NCBI GenBank assembly: GCA_964521785.1
Contig: CAZFTE010000005.1
Location: forward strand, 1,364-65,363
Source of the DNA: an uncultured Lachnospiraceae bacterium
GTDB taxonomy: Bacteria; Bacillota; Clostridia; Oscillospirales; CAG-272
Direction of reading: 5' to 3'
Length of the DNA: 64,000 nt
This document shows positions 63,479-64,000 of the stretch, one piece after another (positions within the stretch are counted from its first letter, which is position 1; each line of letters starts with the position of its first letter). Position numbers and translations under genes: made by a program. Below the pieces are notes generated by a model, which worked only from the letters and a program-made list of their open reading frames with translations, did no database searches and was not told the origin of the DNA.

Positions 63479-64000
63479 ATGAACACAAACATGAATAACG
63501 ATGTTGAATCCGTTCTTCTTACAGCTGAACAGATAGACAATATCACGTTAAGACTCGGCTCTAAAATTTCGGAAGATTATAAAAATTCCAAAAAGCTTGT
63601 TCTTCTTTGCATACTCAAAGGCTCGGTAGTGTTCTTTGCCGACCTTATGCGTAAGATAGACATTCCCTGCGCTCTCGAATTCATGCGTGTATCCTCCTAT
63701 AAAGGCACAGAAACGACGCATCAGATGACCGTTTTGCTCGATATCGAAGATCAGCATATCGCAGGAAACGATATCATCATCGTTGAAGATATCATCGACA
63801 GCGGCAATACTCTCGCACACCTCAAAAATTATATCGAATCCAAGGGTGCGCACAGCGTTGCTACTTGCACGCTTCTCGACAAACCCTCTCGTCGCGAAGT
63901 GAACCTTACTCCCGACTACGTCGGAATAGAGATCCCCGATGAATTTGTTATCGGATACGGTCTTGACTATAACGAAACATATCGTAATCTTCCCTATATA
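63479..64000 (+). CDS. hpt: hypoxanthine phosphoribosyltransferase (3' end truncated by the window edge)
   Basis: Open frame from ATG 63479 to the window end. It contains the PRPP-binding motif IIIVEDIIDSGNTL and EFVIGYGLDY, and GAGG lies upstream. It is absent from the ORF track because no stop codon falls within the window. Confidence 0.9.
   Translation, partial: MNTNMNNDVESVLLTAEQIDNITLRLGSKISEDYKNSKKLVLLCILKGSVVFFADLMRKIDIPCALEFMRVSSYKGTETTHQMTVLLDIEDQHIAGNDIIIVEDIIDSGNTLAHLKNYIESKGAHSVATCTLLDKPSRREVNLTPDYVGIEIPDEFVIGYGLDYNETYRNLPYI

Overview
Chromosomal segment with the gene content of a Gram-positive, spore-forming anaerobe (Clostridia-like: rnfCDGEAB, tig-clpP-clpX, lepB-ylqF-rnhB-yraN, pdaA/cwlD, rplI-dnaB, tilS-hpt). 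I support about 55 protein-coding genes. I found no rRNA or tRNA genes, no CRISPR array and no convincing mobile element. Most of the window is housekeeping. The centre (about 15.0-33.0 kb) is a membrane-bioenergetics island with three parts. (1) A 10-gene, translationally coupled Mrp/MBH-type operon with four NuoL/M/N-like antiporter subunits and no redox module. (2) rnfCDGEAB, transcribed divergently from it from back-to-back near-consensus promoters, with an RnfG that carries two complete FMN-binding domains. (3) A NusG-II/Gx-transporter pair, an ApbE flavin transferase and a two-domain PplA-like lipoprotein whose flavinylation-site motifs both read G-C-T instead of S/T-G-A-T. Four other features stand out. 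A lysine riboswitch precedes dapA-dapB-lysA-lysC. A stand-alone unit (consensus promoter, structured leader or 24-31 codon Cys/His-rich sORF, intrinsic terminator) sits directly upstream of a flotillin gene. A hairpin plus GCAAAAGAAC intergenic repeat family occurs at three loci. Two paralogous uncharacterized membrane proteins are inserted in the secA-lepB operon. The many long ORFs antisense to real genes in the six-frame track are rejected as mirror-frame artefacts. All calls come from reading the sequence and recalling family motifs; no database search was run.
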